Origin: Desulfobacterales bacterium
GTDB lineage: Bacteria; Desulfobacterota; Desulfobacteria; Desulfobacterales; UBA5616
DNA length: 62,952 nucleotides
Direction of reading: 5' to 3'
NCBI GenBank assembly: GCA_046483495.1
Contig: JAWODC010000021.1
Coordinates: forward strand, 1 to 62,952
Shown here: one piece after another, positions 19,069-29,014 of the stretch
How positions within the stretch are numbered: the first letter of the stretch is position 1
How the letters are laid out: every line of letters starts with the position of its first letter
Made by a program: the position numbers and the translations under genes
The notes under the pieces: generated by a model
The model's input: only the letters and a program-made list of their open reading frames with translations
What the model was told of the DNA's origin: nothing
The model's database searches: none

Positions 19069-19122
19069 TGCCTATCCGAAGATAAGAAAATTCGATGAAT
19101 CAGCCATATCTGATGGGCACTA
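19066..19122. repeat. Short internally deleted copy of the dispersed MITE-like element
   Basis: taatgcctatccg...tgaatcagccatatctgatgggcacta; left end coincides with the cooC stop codon. Confidence 0.6.
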
Positions 19123-19191
19123 CCGAATGCCGTAAAAGGCATTACGGCACGGCGCTTCTTTGGCGGTAAAACCGGACGGTAACGGCCACGA

Positions 19192-20763
19192 TTACAGATT
19201 GATATTGGAGTACTTTCTCGGAATCCGGGCCACTGTTTTATTTTCGAGAAAATCAAGGGAACGGTTGATGTATTTCCGCGTGTCCCTCGGCATGATCACA
19301 TCATCGATATACCCCCGTTTTGCTCCCTCATAGGGATTTTCATATTCCCGGCGATACTGCTCGATCCGCTCGTCTTTTATTTTTTCCGAATCTTCAGCGT
19401 TTTTAATTTCCCTGGCAAAAATAATGCTGGCAGCCGTCTGCGCTCCAACGATGGACACTTTCGCATTCGGCCAGGCAAAAAGGAAATCGGCACCCGTATC
19501 CTTGCAGCACATGGCCAGATAGGCGCCTGCAAACGATTTTCTCAAGATTATCGAAATCTTCGGAACGGTGGCATCGATGTAGGAATAGAGCATTTTCGCG
19601 CCGTGCCGTAAAATGCCGCGATGCTCTTCAGTGGAACCGATTAAAAAACCGGGCGTGTCATGGAGATTGACCAGGGGAATATTGAAAAGATCGCAAAACC
19701 TGACGAACCTCGCCACTTTGTCGGATGCATCGCAGTCGATTACGCCGCTGATCCAGTTGGGCTGGTTGGCGACGATCCCGACCGAACGGCCGGCGAAACG
19801 GGCGAACCCGATCACCACGCTTCTGCCGAATTGGCTGAACAGCTCGAAAAAGTCGCCGTTATCGACGATCCGGACAATCACCTCCCGAACATCGAAGGGT
19901 TCGGAAGCGATTTCGGGTATAAGGGTGTCCAGTTCGCTTTCGGATCGTTCCGGACTGTCCCCCGTTTCCATACGTTTTGGCTTCTCCGTGTTGTTGGACG
20001 GCAGAAAACTCAGCAGCTTCTTGACCTTGTCCAGTGCATCCCGGTCGTCTTCGGCAACGAGATGGGTCTGCCCGCTGATGACAGCGTGCGCGTGAGCCCC
20101 GCAAAGGGCCTCCAAGGTGATATCCTCACCCAGCTGGGTCTTTACAAACGCCGGCCCGGCGATTCCCATGAAGCCGGTTTTCCGGCACTGAATGATAAAG
20201 TCCTGCATAATGGGGTGGTAAGCCTGCCCGCCGAGACAGGGCCCCATGATGACCGCGATCTGAGGAATAATGCCGGATGCCTGGATCTGGCTGTTGAACA
20301 GCCATGCATAAGCCTGAAGGGTGTCCATTCCTTCCTGAAGCCGGGCGCCGCCGGAGTCATTTAATCCGATAAAGGGCACCCCCTTTTCTTTGGCCATCGT
20401 AATCGCTTCTGAAAACTTTCGACCGTGGTTTTCACCGAATGTCCCCGCCATGGACGTGAAATCTTCCGCCGCCGCCATGGCACGGCGACCATCGATTTTG
20501 CCGAATCCCACGACGACACCCTCCGCGGGAATCTCCTTTTTGTCCAAGCCGAAAGCCGTGGTGCGGTGTGCCACGAAAAGGCCGATTTCGGTAAATGTTC
20601 CATCATCGAAAAGGTAATCCAGCCTTTCCCTTGCCGTGAGCTTGGATGACGCGTGCTGCTTTTTGACGGCTTTCTCACCGCCCATCTGCTTTATCTTTTC
20701 TCGTTTTTCGGTATACTCCCGATAAATGGCATCATATCCCCTCTTCCCTTCTCTTACGCTCAT
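19192..20763 (-). CDS. Acyl-CoA carboxylase/decarboxylase beta (carboxyltransferase) subunit
   Basis: KLTARERL, DSGGARLQEG, DTPGF, LRHGAKML. Confidence 0.93.
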   Translation of the reverse strand: MSVREGKRGYDAIYREYTEKREKIKQMGGEKAVKKQHASSKLTARERLDYLFDDGTFTEIGLFVAHRTTAFGLDKKEIPAEGVVVGFGKIDGRRAMAAAEDFTSMAGTFGENHGRKFSEAITMAKEKGVPFIGLNDSGGARLQEGMDTLQAYAWLFNSQIQASGIIPQIAVIMGPCLGGQAYHPIMQDFIIQCRKTGFMGIAGPAFVKTQLGEDITLEALCGAHAHAVISGQTHLVAEDDRDALDKVKKLLSFLPSNNTEKPKRMETGDSPERSESELDTLIPEIASEPFDVREVIVRIVDNGDFFELFSQFGRSVVIGFARFAGRSVGIVANQPNWISGVIDCDASDKVARFVRFCDLFNIPLVNLHDTPGFLIGSTEEHRGILRHGAKMLYSYIDATVPKISIILRKSFAGAYLAMCCKDTGADFLFAWPNAKVSIVGAQTAASIIFAREIKNAEDSEKIKDERIEQYRREYENPYEGAKRGYIDDVIMPRDTRKYINRSLDFLENKTVARIPRKYSNINL

Positions 20764-20801
20764 TGCTTGTCCTCCAATCCTCTTTCGAGAAAAATATTAT
20801 A

Positions 20802-21833
20802 TCACGTCGGCTTTTCCACGAGGTGTGATACGGGTACGATATTCGTCCTTTTCCTCAGCTCCGGCAGCATCACTTTCATCACCTCGTACGTTATTTCATG
20901 GGGATGAGCGATTCCGACAGCCGAACCGCGGTTTTCGGCGATACGCATCAGCAGGTGTATCTGATTTTGGATGAATTCTCTTTCCTGAATGTGATCGATA
21001 AAAACATCCCGCTGAGCAAACGGCACCTGGAACATTCGAGCCGAGGGTTTGCAGATGCTGTCAGGAGCAGTCTTACTGTCGACAAAAAACAAACCCTTTT
21101 TTTTGAGAATGGAAAAAATCTGGTACATCCGGGTGGAATCGGCGGTCATCTTGGACCCCATGTGATTGTTTACTCCTTTGGCACCGGGCACGGAATCGAG
21201 ATCGGCCTCCAGTTGCGCGATCAGCGCATCCGGTGACATGGTCGAGTACAATGCGCCGGGTCCCGGCTTGATTCGTGGATACTCGCGCGGTTCCATCGGC
21301 AGATGGAGCATCGTTTCGGATCCGGTCTCTTTTGCAAGCTTCAGGATTTCTTGATTAAACGGACCATACGGCAGAATGGAAACGGTCAGCCCGCTATCCA
21401 GCCGAATAAACTTTTTGGCGAGCCCCGCATCATATCCCAGATCATCGATAATGATCGCCACTTTGGGCAACGGTTTTCCGGAAATCGGCTTTTGTTCCAC
21501 AACGCGCTTTTTCGTTGCAGGCGGCGGGGGTGGATAAGGGGTGTTCTCCGCAAAAATTTCGTAGGTCGGCACGACAGCCGCCGGCCGGCTGTCGGGCGGC
21601 TGTGTTGCAGAAGATTTCTTTTTAGACGAAAGGGCTTGTACCGGCGGTTCTTTTTTCTCCAATGGCATCCGATACAGCAGATAATGGGCGATAACAGCCG
21701 CAGCCGAAACCAACAGGATCAAAACGGCCATGCCCCATACAATTTTGATCAGGTTTTGTTTTAGTCCCGATTTTTTTTTTGACGCTTTTTTTTTTGATTT
21801 CGTTGATTGAGTCGTTCTTCTTTTTTTTGCCAT
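20802..21833 (-). CDS. Divergent polysaccharide deacetylase family protein
   Basis: VAIIIDDLG, MLHLPMEP, GVNNHMGS, AVGIAHP; N-terminal TM. Confidence 0.92.
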   Translation of the reverse strand: MAKKRRTTQSTKSKKKASKKKSGLKQNLIKIVWGMAVLILLVSAAAVIAHYLLYRMPLEKKEPPVQALSSKKKSSATQPPDSRPAAVVPTYEIFAENTPYPPPPPATKKRVVEQKPISGKPLPKVAIIIDDLGYDAGLAKKFIRLDSGLTVSILPYGPFNQEILKLAKETGSETMLHLPMEPREYPRIKPGPGALYSTMSPDALIAQLEADLDSVPGAKGVNNHMGSKMTADSTRMYQIFSILKKKGLFFVDSKTAPDSICKPSARMFQVPFAQRDVFIDHIQEREFIQNQIHLLMRIAENRGSAVGIAHPHEITYEVMKVMLPELRKRTNIVPVSHLVEKPT

Positions 21834-21843
21834 TTAGCACATT

Positions 21844-23220
21844 TTATCCGGTAAGGCCTTTGAAGATGTTATGACTGATCAATATTTCCAATGCGCGCAT
21901 GATCTGGTTGTCCTTTTCAAGGTTTTCCGGTTCGAGGCCGTCAAACCGTGATCCGCCGCCCCGGAGTCCGGGATGCTCCATTTCACCTGACGATGGGGCA
22001 TCCTGTCCCGTTTTACCCTGTTCAGCCTCCCCGGAGCCTTCCCTTGGCACTCCGGACTCGGCATCCAGATGGTTCAGCAGGTCTTTTTCGGTAAGCCGTT
22101 CATTCCCCGATTCATTTTCAGCACGTGCATCGAGCGGGAGATATGTCAACTCGATATCCGGTTCGATGCCTTTTGCCTGTATGGATCTCCCGCTGGGCGT
22201 GTAATAACGGGCAATGGTCAATTTCAGGCCGTAACCCTCCCGCAGGTGCTCCACGGATTGAACCGAGCCTTTTCCAAAGGACGTCGTTCCAAGCAGCAGC
22301 GCCCGTTTATGGTCCTGGAATGCGCCTGCAACGATTTCCGAGGCGCTGGCGCTCCCGCCGTTTATCAATACAACGATGGGATACTCCCTATCGGTCGGAT
22401 CATTGTGTGCTCTGTAATGACTTTCATTTTTATCATCACGTCCTTTTACGGTCAGAATTGTTCCGTTTCCAAGGAACAGGTCCGCCACACTGATGGCCTG
22501 ATTCAGCAATCCGCCCGGGTTGTCACGCAAATCCAGGACAAGTCCTTTAAGCGGCGTATCCCCGTTTTCAAGTTCTTCCAGAGCGGCTTTTAAATCACGC
22601 GTGGTGTTTTCCTGAAAGTTGGTGATCCATACATATCCGTAGCCGGATTTTAAAGCAGCGTATTTAACGCTTTCAATGGGAATAACGTCCCTGACCAGTT
22701 CGAATTCGATGGGTTCAGGCTCCGATTCCCGAATCACCGTAATGAGCACCGTGGTTCCTTTCGGACCCCTCATTTTTTTTACGGCTTCTCGTAAATCGCG
22801 GGTCGACTCGCCGTCTGCTTTTATGATTCTGTCACCGGCCTTTATTCCCGCACGGTAAGCCGGGGTCCCCTGGATCGGGGAAACCACCGTTACAAAACCA
22901 TCCTTCATTGCGATACTGATGCCGATTCCCGTGAATTCCCCTTGGGTATCCATCTGGAGTTCTTTCAGTTCATCCGGCGGCAGCAAAGATGAATGCGGGT
23001 CCAATCCGTGAACCATCCCTTGAACAGCGTTTTCAATAAGGGTTTTCGGGTCCACGTCATCCACATATCGCTGTTCGACGATTTCAATGACGTCGCTTAG
23101 TAATTTCAGTCCCTTGTATGTCTCTTCGTTTCCGGCGGAGAGTCCGGTTCCCATTGTCCAGAAAAATACGGCAATGGCAAGCAGTACCCATAACCGCAAG
23201 TGTTGTTTTGCTTTTTTCAT
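21844..23220 (-). CDS. ctpA: Carboxy-terminal processing protease (S41)
   Basis: PDZ domain, LDLRDNPGGLL, SASASEIVAGA, SFGKGSVQ. Confidence 0.93.
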   Translation of the reverse strand: MKKAKQHLRLWVLLAIAVFFWTMGTGLSAGNEETYKGLKLLSDVIEIVEQRYVDDVDPKTLIENAVQGMVHGLDPHSSLLPPDELKELQMDTQGEFTGIGISIAMKDGFVTVVSPIQGTPAYRAGIKAGDRIIKADGESTRDLREAVKKMRGPKGTTVLITVIRESEPEPIEFELVRDVIPIESVKYAALKSGYGYVWITNFQENTTRDLKAALEELENGDTPLKGLVLDLRDNPGGLLNQAISVADLFLGNGTILTVKGRDDKNESHYRAHNDPTDREYPIVVLINGGSASASEIVAGAFQDHKRALLLGTTSFGKGSVQSVEHLREGYGLKLTIARYYTPSGRSIQAKGIEPDIELTYLPLDARAENESGNERLTEKDLLNHLDAESGVPREGSGEAEQGKTGQDAPSSGEMEHPGLRGGGSRFDGLEPENLEKDNQIMRALEILISHNIFKGLTG

Positions 23221-23254
23221 TTAAAGCACCCCTTCTTTCATCGAACGGCTGCGT

Positions 23255-24664
23255 TCAGCCCCCTTTAATCCATTTCAACGGATCCATCGCTTTACCATGA
23301 TGACGTATTTCAAAGTACAGCTTGGGGCCTGTCAGTGATCCGGAATCACCCGCGGTGGCAATCACCTCTCCGGTCGTAACGATGGATCCGATCGTCTTGA
23401 ACATTTCCTCCATATTGGCATACACGGAATAGTAATGATCACCATGGTCGATGATCATCATATTCCCGTAGCCTTTGAACCAATCGGCATAAAGCACTTT
23501 CCCGCCGCATACGGCCCTAACAGGTTCACCTCTTTCCGTTTGAATGTCTATGCCGTTTCTGAAATTTTCAATGTTGTATTTCGGATCGGTGTAAGGTCCG
23601 AAAAATGAAATGACTTTACCCCTGACCGGCAATTTTATCAACCCCTTTGACGCAACAAATGATTTCGCGTCCGGCAAATCCTCGGGTTCAGGCAACCTGG
23701 TATAGTTTAGAATTTGTTTGTCGAGAGAAGCGGCCGCCAGTCTCAAGGATTCGATCACCGCAAGCTCGAGCCGCTTTTCTTTTCGAATATGGACAAGCAG
23801 CTTTTCACGCTTTTCCTTCTCCCGCACCATGATGCGAAGCTGGTCATCGAGTTCTTCATTTAACACCTTTTTTGTCTTTTGCTGCTCTTTCCTGCGATTC
23901 AACAGCTGGTGCAAGTGTTGTACATCCCGCGCATATCCTGCGAGTACCGCCTGGTCCCGCTGCAGGATTCGCTCGAAGATCGTTTTTCGCTTGAACAAGG
24001 TATACATGGAATCCGCCGATGTCAGCACATGCGGCATTCCCCCCAGTTTATGAAGCTTATACAGCGCCACGATACGCCGGCCGGCGTATGTTTTGTAAAC
24101 GGCAATGTCCTTCCGGGTCTTTTTCAAAGCACCGGCGGTTTCCCAAATTTGGGCTTCAATGTCCATTAAAAGCACTTCGAGATGCGATATCTTTTTTCGG
24201 ACCGAATTCAGCACCAGGTCGATTTCGTTCAGTCCGTTTATAATCGTGATTTCTTTCTTGTTCAATTCTGCAACCCTGGATTCCCCCTCTTCAATATGCT
24301 CACCGAGACCTTCAGCCTCGCTTTCCAGGCTGGTGATAAGGGATGCGTCTTTTTCTCCGGGCGGTTTCAACAGTTTGACAAATCCTTCCATATTCCGGAC
24401 GTATCCCATTCGGCCCTGCCAGACCGCCTTGATCCATCCGTTCCTGATCTGAAGAACAATCAGGCGCTCCCCCTTTCTAAGAGAAGTGATCGGTGATGTA
24501 TTCATGGCGGGCTCCGGCCGAAAATTCAAGTAATCCACGCTCACCACGCCGACCACCGGAAATTCGGCAGCGGCGGAACCGGCAAGCATTACGGCCAAGG
24601 CCGTGCCCGAAATTATCAGTATTCTTTTAAAAATTGTTTGAGTGACAAAAAGCATCCCAGCCAC
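23255..24664 (-). CDS. envC: EnvC-like murein hydrolase activator (SH3, coiled coil, M23); start uncertain
   Basis: M23 domain with degenerate Zn site (NGIDI, YANM, LYFEIR); lies after ftsEX. Confidence 0.82.
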   Translation of the reverse strand: MAGMLFVTQTIFKRILIISGTALAVMLAGSAAAEFPVVGVVSVDYLNFRPEPAMNTSPITSLRKGERLIVLQIRNGWIKAVWQGRMGYVRNMEGFVKLLKPPGEKDASLITSLESEAEGLGEHIEEGESRVAELNKKEITIINGLNEIDLVLNSVRKKISHLEVLLMDIEAQIWETAGALKKTRKDIAVYKTYAGRRIVALYKLHKLGGMPHVLTSADSMYTLFKRKTIFERILQRDQAVLAGYARDVQHLHQLLNRRKEQQKTKKVLNEELDDQLRIMVREKEKREKLLVHIRKEKRLELAVIESLRLAAASLDKQILNYTRLPEPEDLPDAKSFVASKGLIKLPVRGKVISFFGPYTDPKYNIENFRNGIDIQTERGEPVRAVCGGKVLYADWFKGYGNMMIIDHGDHYYSVYANMEEMFKTIGSIVTTGEVIATAGDSGSLTGPKLYFEIRHHGKAMDPLKWIKGG

Positions 24665-25497
24665 CCCACAAGTATGCTGCAGAATAAAATACCCATCGAT
24701 ATATTCAGCGGGTAAAACCGAACACTGAATATTTCAGAGGCAATTCCGTGAGCCATGTTGGAAGACACGATCGTATACCCGATAAATGCCGCGGCCATAC
24801 CGATACAACCGCCCAATGCCCCCAGGATAACACCTTCGATATAGAACGGGGTTTTGATAAACCTTTCGGTCGCGCCGATATACCGCATGATTTCGATCTC
24901 TTCTTGCCGTGAATACAGGACCAGACGTATGGTATTGCCGATTATGAATACCGATGCACCGAAAAAGAGCATGCCGATACCGAATGCGGCCATCCGGAAA
25001 AGACTGAAGATGTTTGCAAACCGTCTCAACCAAAGCCTTCCGAATTCCACATCGGCCACCGAGGAAATGCGCCCGATTCGATCGGCCAATATTTCGATGT
25101 CACTCACACGCGATAATTCCGCCGACAGGCTGATCTCGAAGGCATCCGGCAATGGATTATCATCGATATTTTCAAGCAGCGCATCCTGCCCTTTCATCTG
25201 TTCTTTCATAAACTCGAGCGCCGCCTCTTTCGAAATAAAATCGACGTCCTGAACGCCCCGAAGCTCCCGAATGCGGCTTTCCAACTCCACGAGCGCCTGA
25301 TTGGAGATGCCTGAATCCAAATAGGCCATGATCCGGATTCCTTTTTTCCATGCCGCAATCAGGTCGTTTGCATTCAACACCAAAAGTCCGAACGAACTCA
25401 CAATGAGCACGGACAAGGCGATGGTAACCACCGCAACTGCATTCAAGTAGCCGTTTTTCAGAATATCCTTTACGGCCCTGGAGAAATAGGTTGTCAT
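24616..25497 (-). CDS. ftsX: Cell division permease FtsX
   Basis: NPLPDA, IGNTIRL..YSRQEEIEIM..IGAT..FIKTPFYIEG. Confidence 0.94.
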   Translation of the reverse strand: MTTYFSRAVKDILKNGYLNAVAVVTIALSVLIVSSFGLLVLNANDLIAAWKKGIRIMAYLDSGISNQALVELESRIRELRGVQDVDFISKEAALEFMKEQMKGQDALLENIDDNPLPDAFEISLSAELSRVSDIEILADRIGRISSVADVEFGRLWLRRFANIFSLFRMAAFGIGMLFFGASVFIIGNTIRLVLYSRQEEIEIMRYIGATERFIKTPFYIEGVILGALGGCIGMAAAFIGYTIVSSNMAHGIASEIFSVRFYPLNISMGILFCSILVGWLGCFLSLKQFLKEY

Positions 25498-26231
25498 GTC
25501 GCCACACTCATAGAAACGTCATCCGCAGACCCGATCCGGCCGTTTTCGAGGCGCAGAATTCTGCCGCCGATTTTCTCCACCAGGCTTTCATCGTGAGTAG
25601 CCGTAATCACGGTGGCTCCGCGGGAATGAAACCGCCTTAACAATGTGATGATGACATCGGCCGAAGCCGTATCCAAACTGCCCGTGGGTTCGTCCGCCAG
25701 TATAATTTTGGGATCCCCCGCCACCGCCCTGGCAACGGCAACCCGCTGCTGCTCGCCCCCGGAGAGGGTCGGGGGGTAGGCATGCTGTTTCTTCTCCATA
25801 TCGACGAACCTCAGCACACTCTTGACCTTTTTCTGGGCCGTCTTGCCGGATTTTCCTTTGGCCTCCAGAACCAGCGCCACGTTTTCAAACACGGTTTTTG
25901 TAGGAATCAGTTTGAAATCCTGAAAAATGATGCCGAAATCGCGGCGAAGATACGGGATTTTCTTTCGCGGTATTCTGGAAAGATTGATACCGTCTACAAT
26001 AATCTGGCCTTCTGAAACCGGTTCGCCGAGGAACAGCAGTTTCAGGAGCGTCGATTTGCCGGCGCCGCTGGGGCCGCAGATAAACACGAATTCATTTTTG
26101 AGGATATCCAGTGTGACATCCACCAGCGCGTTCTTCTTTTCGAATCGCTTGCACACGTGAAACAGCCGGATCAAAGGCGGTGTATGTTTCATTCTTTCCG
26201 GTTGTCGGATCATGTCCATGCCGTTATCCAT
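25494..26231 (-). CDS. ftsE: Cell division ATP-binding protein FtsE; start may be a few codons downstream
   Basis: GPSGAGKST, IFQDFKL, LSGGEQQRVA, ADEPTG. Confidence 0.94.
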   Translation of the reverse strand: MDNGMDMIRQPERMKHTPPLIRLFHVCKRFEKKNALVDVTLDILKNEFVFICGPSGAGKSTLLKLLFLGEPVSEGQIIVDGINLSRIPRKKIPYLRRDFGIIFQDFKLIPTKTVFENVALVLEAKGKSGKTAQKKVKSVLRFVDMEKKQHAYPPTLSGGEQQRVAVARAVAGDPKIILADEPTGSLDTASADVIITLLRRFHSRGATVITATHDESLVEKIGGRILRLENGRIGSADDVSMSVAT

Positions 26232-26440
26232 TCCAGGCGGTTGTGTTTTGCAATTACCCTTTCGATCGTCTGCGGCTGCTTAATTGCACCCATTTTCCGC
26301 ATGTTATTTTTTTGTCCGCAGCGCAGGCTGTTTATTCGGTGTGATGAGGTTAAAAAATGCACTGCGTGTTTCCTATCTTATGGGATTGTCCTGCGTCAAG
26401 CAGGTTTTGGGATTGACCGGTATGGTTATACTTGTTATTT

Positions 26441-26541
26441 AGGCTTTGGTGTTCAAGGAGTGCCGTTTCCGGTTTTCCTTCACCCCAAGCCTCCGCTGAA
26501 CCCGACAACAGGCTTCTTCCAATTCAGTGGAGGCTTTTTTT
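26441..26541 (+). promoter_or_regulatory. Leader with mutually exclusive antiterminator and terminator hairpins upstream of pyrE
   Basis: aagcctccgctgaa/ttcagtggaggctt plus T-run (26487-26541); alternative stem aggctttggtg..aagga/tccttcaccccaagcct (26441-26492). Confidence 0.55.
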
Positions 26542-26590
26542 CATAACCAATCACCTGTTGAAAATCAACAACATGTTGAAAAGGCATTCC

Positions 26591-27148
26591 ATGAGACAGG
26601 AACTCATCACGCTGATGGCCGAGAAATCGTTCCAATTCAGTTCGGAACCGGTATTCAAACTGGTGTCGGGAGCCATGAGCCGATTTTACGTGAATTGCAA
26701 GCCCACAACGCTCAATCCCCGGGGCATGTTCTTGATCGGGCATATCATCTTCGAAATGGTCGAGCCGCTGCACATCCATGGGCTCGGCGGATTGACGTTC
26801 GGCGCGGATCCCATCGCCGTCGCCGTCGCCTTCGCCTCCGAATTGAAGGGCTCTCCGATTAATGCCTTTTCGATCCGGAAAACGCAAAAAGACCACGGCA
26901 TCATCAAATGGGTCGAAGGTGACGTGGGGCCCGGCAACAGGGTCGTCATATTAGACGATGTGGCCACTACCGGCGGATCGACCATTCAAGCCATAGAACG
27001 GGCAAGGTCCGAAGGGCTGGTTGTCGTAAAGGCCGTCATCCTGGTCGATCGGCAGGAGGGCGGTTTGGAGCACATTCAGCAGCATGTCGATGCCTGCGCC
27101 GTTCTCACGAAAGACGATCTCTTGGCTGCCGGAAAAACACCGGACTGA
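26591..27148 (+). CDS. pyrE: Orotate phosphoribosyltransferase
   Basis: [42 protein letters not shown] motif. Confidence 0.95.
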   Translation: MRQELITLMAEKSFQFSSEPVFKLVSGAMSRFYVNCKPTTLNPRGMFLIGHIIFEMVEPLHIHGLGGLTFGADPIAVAVAFASELKGSPINAFSIRKTQKDHGIIKWVEGDVGPGNRVVILDDVATTGGSTIQAIERARSEGLVVVKAVILVDRQEGGLEHIQQHVDACAVLTKDDLLAAGKTPD

Positions 27149-27173
27149 AATGGAATAATTCTTAATGCCTTAA

Positions 27174-27322
27174 TGAATGTCCATCCGAAAATGAGACCAT
27201 TCGCTTCAGTTCAAGTCGGCATGGAAGTTTTAACCGCAGGAATACGTCACGTATTTTGAGAAGTAAAATTTTCCGGCCAACGAAGAAACGGAGTGAATCA
27301 GCCATTTCTGGATGAGCACTGA
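27174..27322. mobile_element. About 150-bp non-coding MITE-like element with imperfect terminal inverted repeats
   Basis: Left end gaatgtccatccgaaaatg, right end gagtgaatcagccatttctggatgagcact; related copies elsewhere in the window. Confidence 0.7.
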
Positions 27323-27343
27323 GATTCGCACATGGTTTATGGA

Positions 27344-27715
27344 TCAGGGAATATATGTGGCAGAGGCATCTTCGGATTCCCAGGCGGTGACGCGCGAAAC
27401 CCGGACACCGGGTTCGGCAATGGCCGCATCCACCTCCCGGGCGATGTAAGCGGCGATATTCTCGGAAGACGGAGGCGTATTGCTTGGAAAAAAGCCCGAT
27501 TCGTTTAGAAAACAATGATCCAGGCGTTGGATCACGTCGGCGATGTGGTCTTTGAGAATACCGAAATCGATCAGGACACCGGCATCATTGAGTTTTTCAC
27601 CCCGGACGCATATTTCGATCCGCCAATTGTGACCGTGCAGATTTTCACACTTTTTGGCGACCATTTTCAGCTGGTGGGCGGCGGCAAAATGCGTTGTGAC
27701 TTTCAATTCATACAT
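27344..27715 (-). CDS. queD: 6-carboxytetrahydropterin synthase
   Basis: FAAAH, CENLHGHN, LDH, SSENIA, WES. Confidence 0.96.
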   Translation of the reverse strand: MYELKVTTHFAAAHQLKMVAKKCENLHGHNWRIEICVRGEKLNDAGVLIDFGILKDHIADVIQRLDHCFLNESGFFPSNTPPSSENIAAYIAREVDAAIAEPGVRVSRVTAWESEDASATYIP

Positions 27716-27757
27716 GGCAACTTCCTGATGTTGTATTCAAGGATGGCAGGCACTACA

Positions 27758-28876
27758 TTAGTTTGCGGCTTTAGAGTTGACCCCCTTTAGAATGCCTTTT
27801 AATTTGCTCGAAATCTTTCCGTCCTCTATTTTGGCGAATTCCTTGAGCAGCGCCTCCTGTTTTTTATTCAAATTTGTCGGCGTTTTGATGTCGATCTGTA
27901 TGATCTGGTCACCTCGCTGACGGGTCCTCAGCGATGGGATGCCTTCTCCACGAAAGCGCAATAACGTTCCCGGTTGGGTTCCCTTCGGGATCACCAGTTC
28001 TTTTTCATCGGTCAGCGTAGGGACGGTGATTTTGTCGCCCAATGTCGCCTGAACAAAGGAAACGGGGATCGTACAGATAACGTCGGTGTCTTTGCGCATG
28101 AAGAAATCATGCGGCTTGACCCTAATAAATACATACAAATCTCCCGGGGGACCGCCGTAAGCACCGGCTTCGCCCTCGCCGGTGAGCCGGAGCCGTGATC
28201 CGTTGTCTACCCCGGCCGGTATTTTAAGCATCACTTTTTTATTTGCCAGTATTTGGCCCCGCCCGCGGCACTCCCCACAGGGATGGGGGATGGTCTGTCC
28301 GAGGCCTCCGCAGGCCGGACATGTGGTACTCACCGAGAAAAAACCCTGGGTTCGGGTAACCTGCCCTCTTCCACCGCATTGGCTGCAGGTTTCCGGTCCG
28401 GTACCGGGTTCGCAACCGTTTCCGCCGCATACGGTGCATGTTTCCGGCTTTTCCAGCTCGATCTCCGTCTCCGAACCGAATGCCGCGTCCATAAAGCTCA
28501 TTTCAAGGTCGTAGCGCAGATCGTTTCCGCGTTGAACCCGGCTTCGTCTCGACCGCTGCCGCCCGCCGAATCCAAAGAAATCCTCAAAGATATCGCCGAA
28601 GCTGGAAAAGATATCCTCAAATCCGCCAAATCCTGAAAATCCGTTTCCTTCAAGACCTTGGTGCCCGTACTGATCGTATATCTGCCGCTTCCGGGGATCC
28701 CTGAGCACCTCGTAAGCCTCTGCCGCTTCCTTGAATTTATCTTCCGCATCCCTGTCTCCCGGATTTCGATCCGGATGATACTTAAGCGCCAGTTTCCGGT
28801 AGGCCGACTTAAGCTCGGCATCGGATGACTGGCGGGAAAGGCCGAGTATGTCGTAATAACACCTTTTTGTAGCCAT
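27758..28876 (-). CDS. dnaJ: Chaperone DnaJ
   Basis: J-domain HPD, G/F region, four CxxCxGxG repeats. Confidence 0.97.
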   Translation of the reverse strand: MATKRCYYDILGLSRQSSDAELKSAYRKLALKYHPDRNPGDRDAEDKFKEAAEAYEVLRDPRKRQIYDQYGHQGLEGNGFSGFGGFEDIFSSFGDIFEDFFGFGGRQRSRRSRVQRGNDLRYDLEMSFMDAAFGSETEIELEKPETCTVCGGNGCEPGTGPETCSQCGGRGQVTRTQGFFSVSTTCPACGGLGQTIPHPCGECRGRGQILANKKVMLKIPAGVDNGSRLRLTGEGEAGAYGGPPGDLYVFIRVKPHDFFMRKDTDVICTIPVSFVQATLGDKITVPTLTDEKELVIPKGTQPGTLLRFRGEGIPSLRTRQRGDQIIQIDIKTPTNLNKKQEALLKEFAKIEDGKISSKLKGILKGVNSKAAN

Positions 28877-29014
28877 TAAACTAAACTTCTTCGCGTGATT
28901 TTCTCCGGTTTATTATAAAAATCGTGACAACCTATTCGGCAAGAACCTCCTGTGGAAATTTGTCCGCAATGTAATACACGAATCGGAATTGTCAATGTTT
29001 GTTTCGGCGTTTGA

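Noticed and set aside
28876..29010. CIRCE/HrcA operator upstream of dnaJ (also checked upstream of hsp20-lon)
   Set aside because: No TTAGCACTC-N9-GAGTGCTAA match seen.
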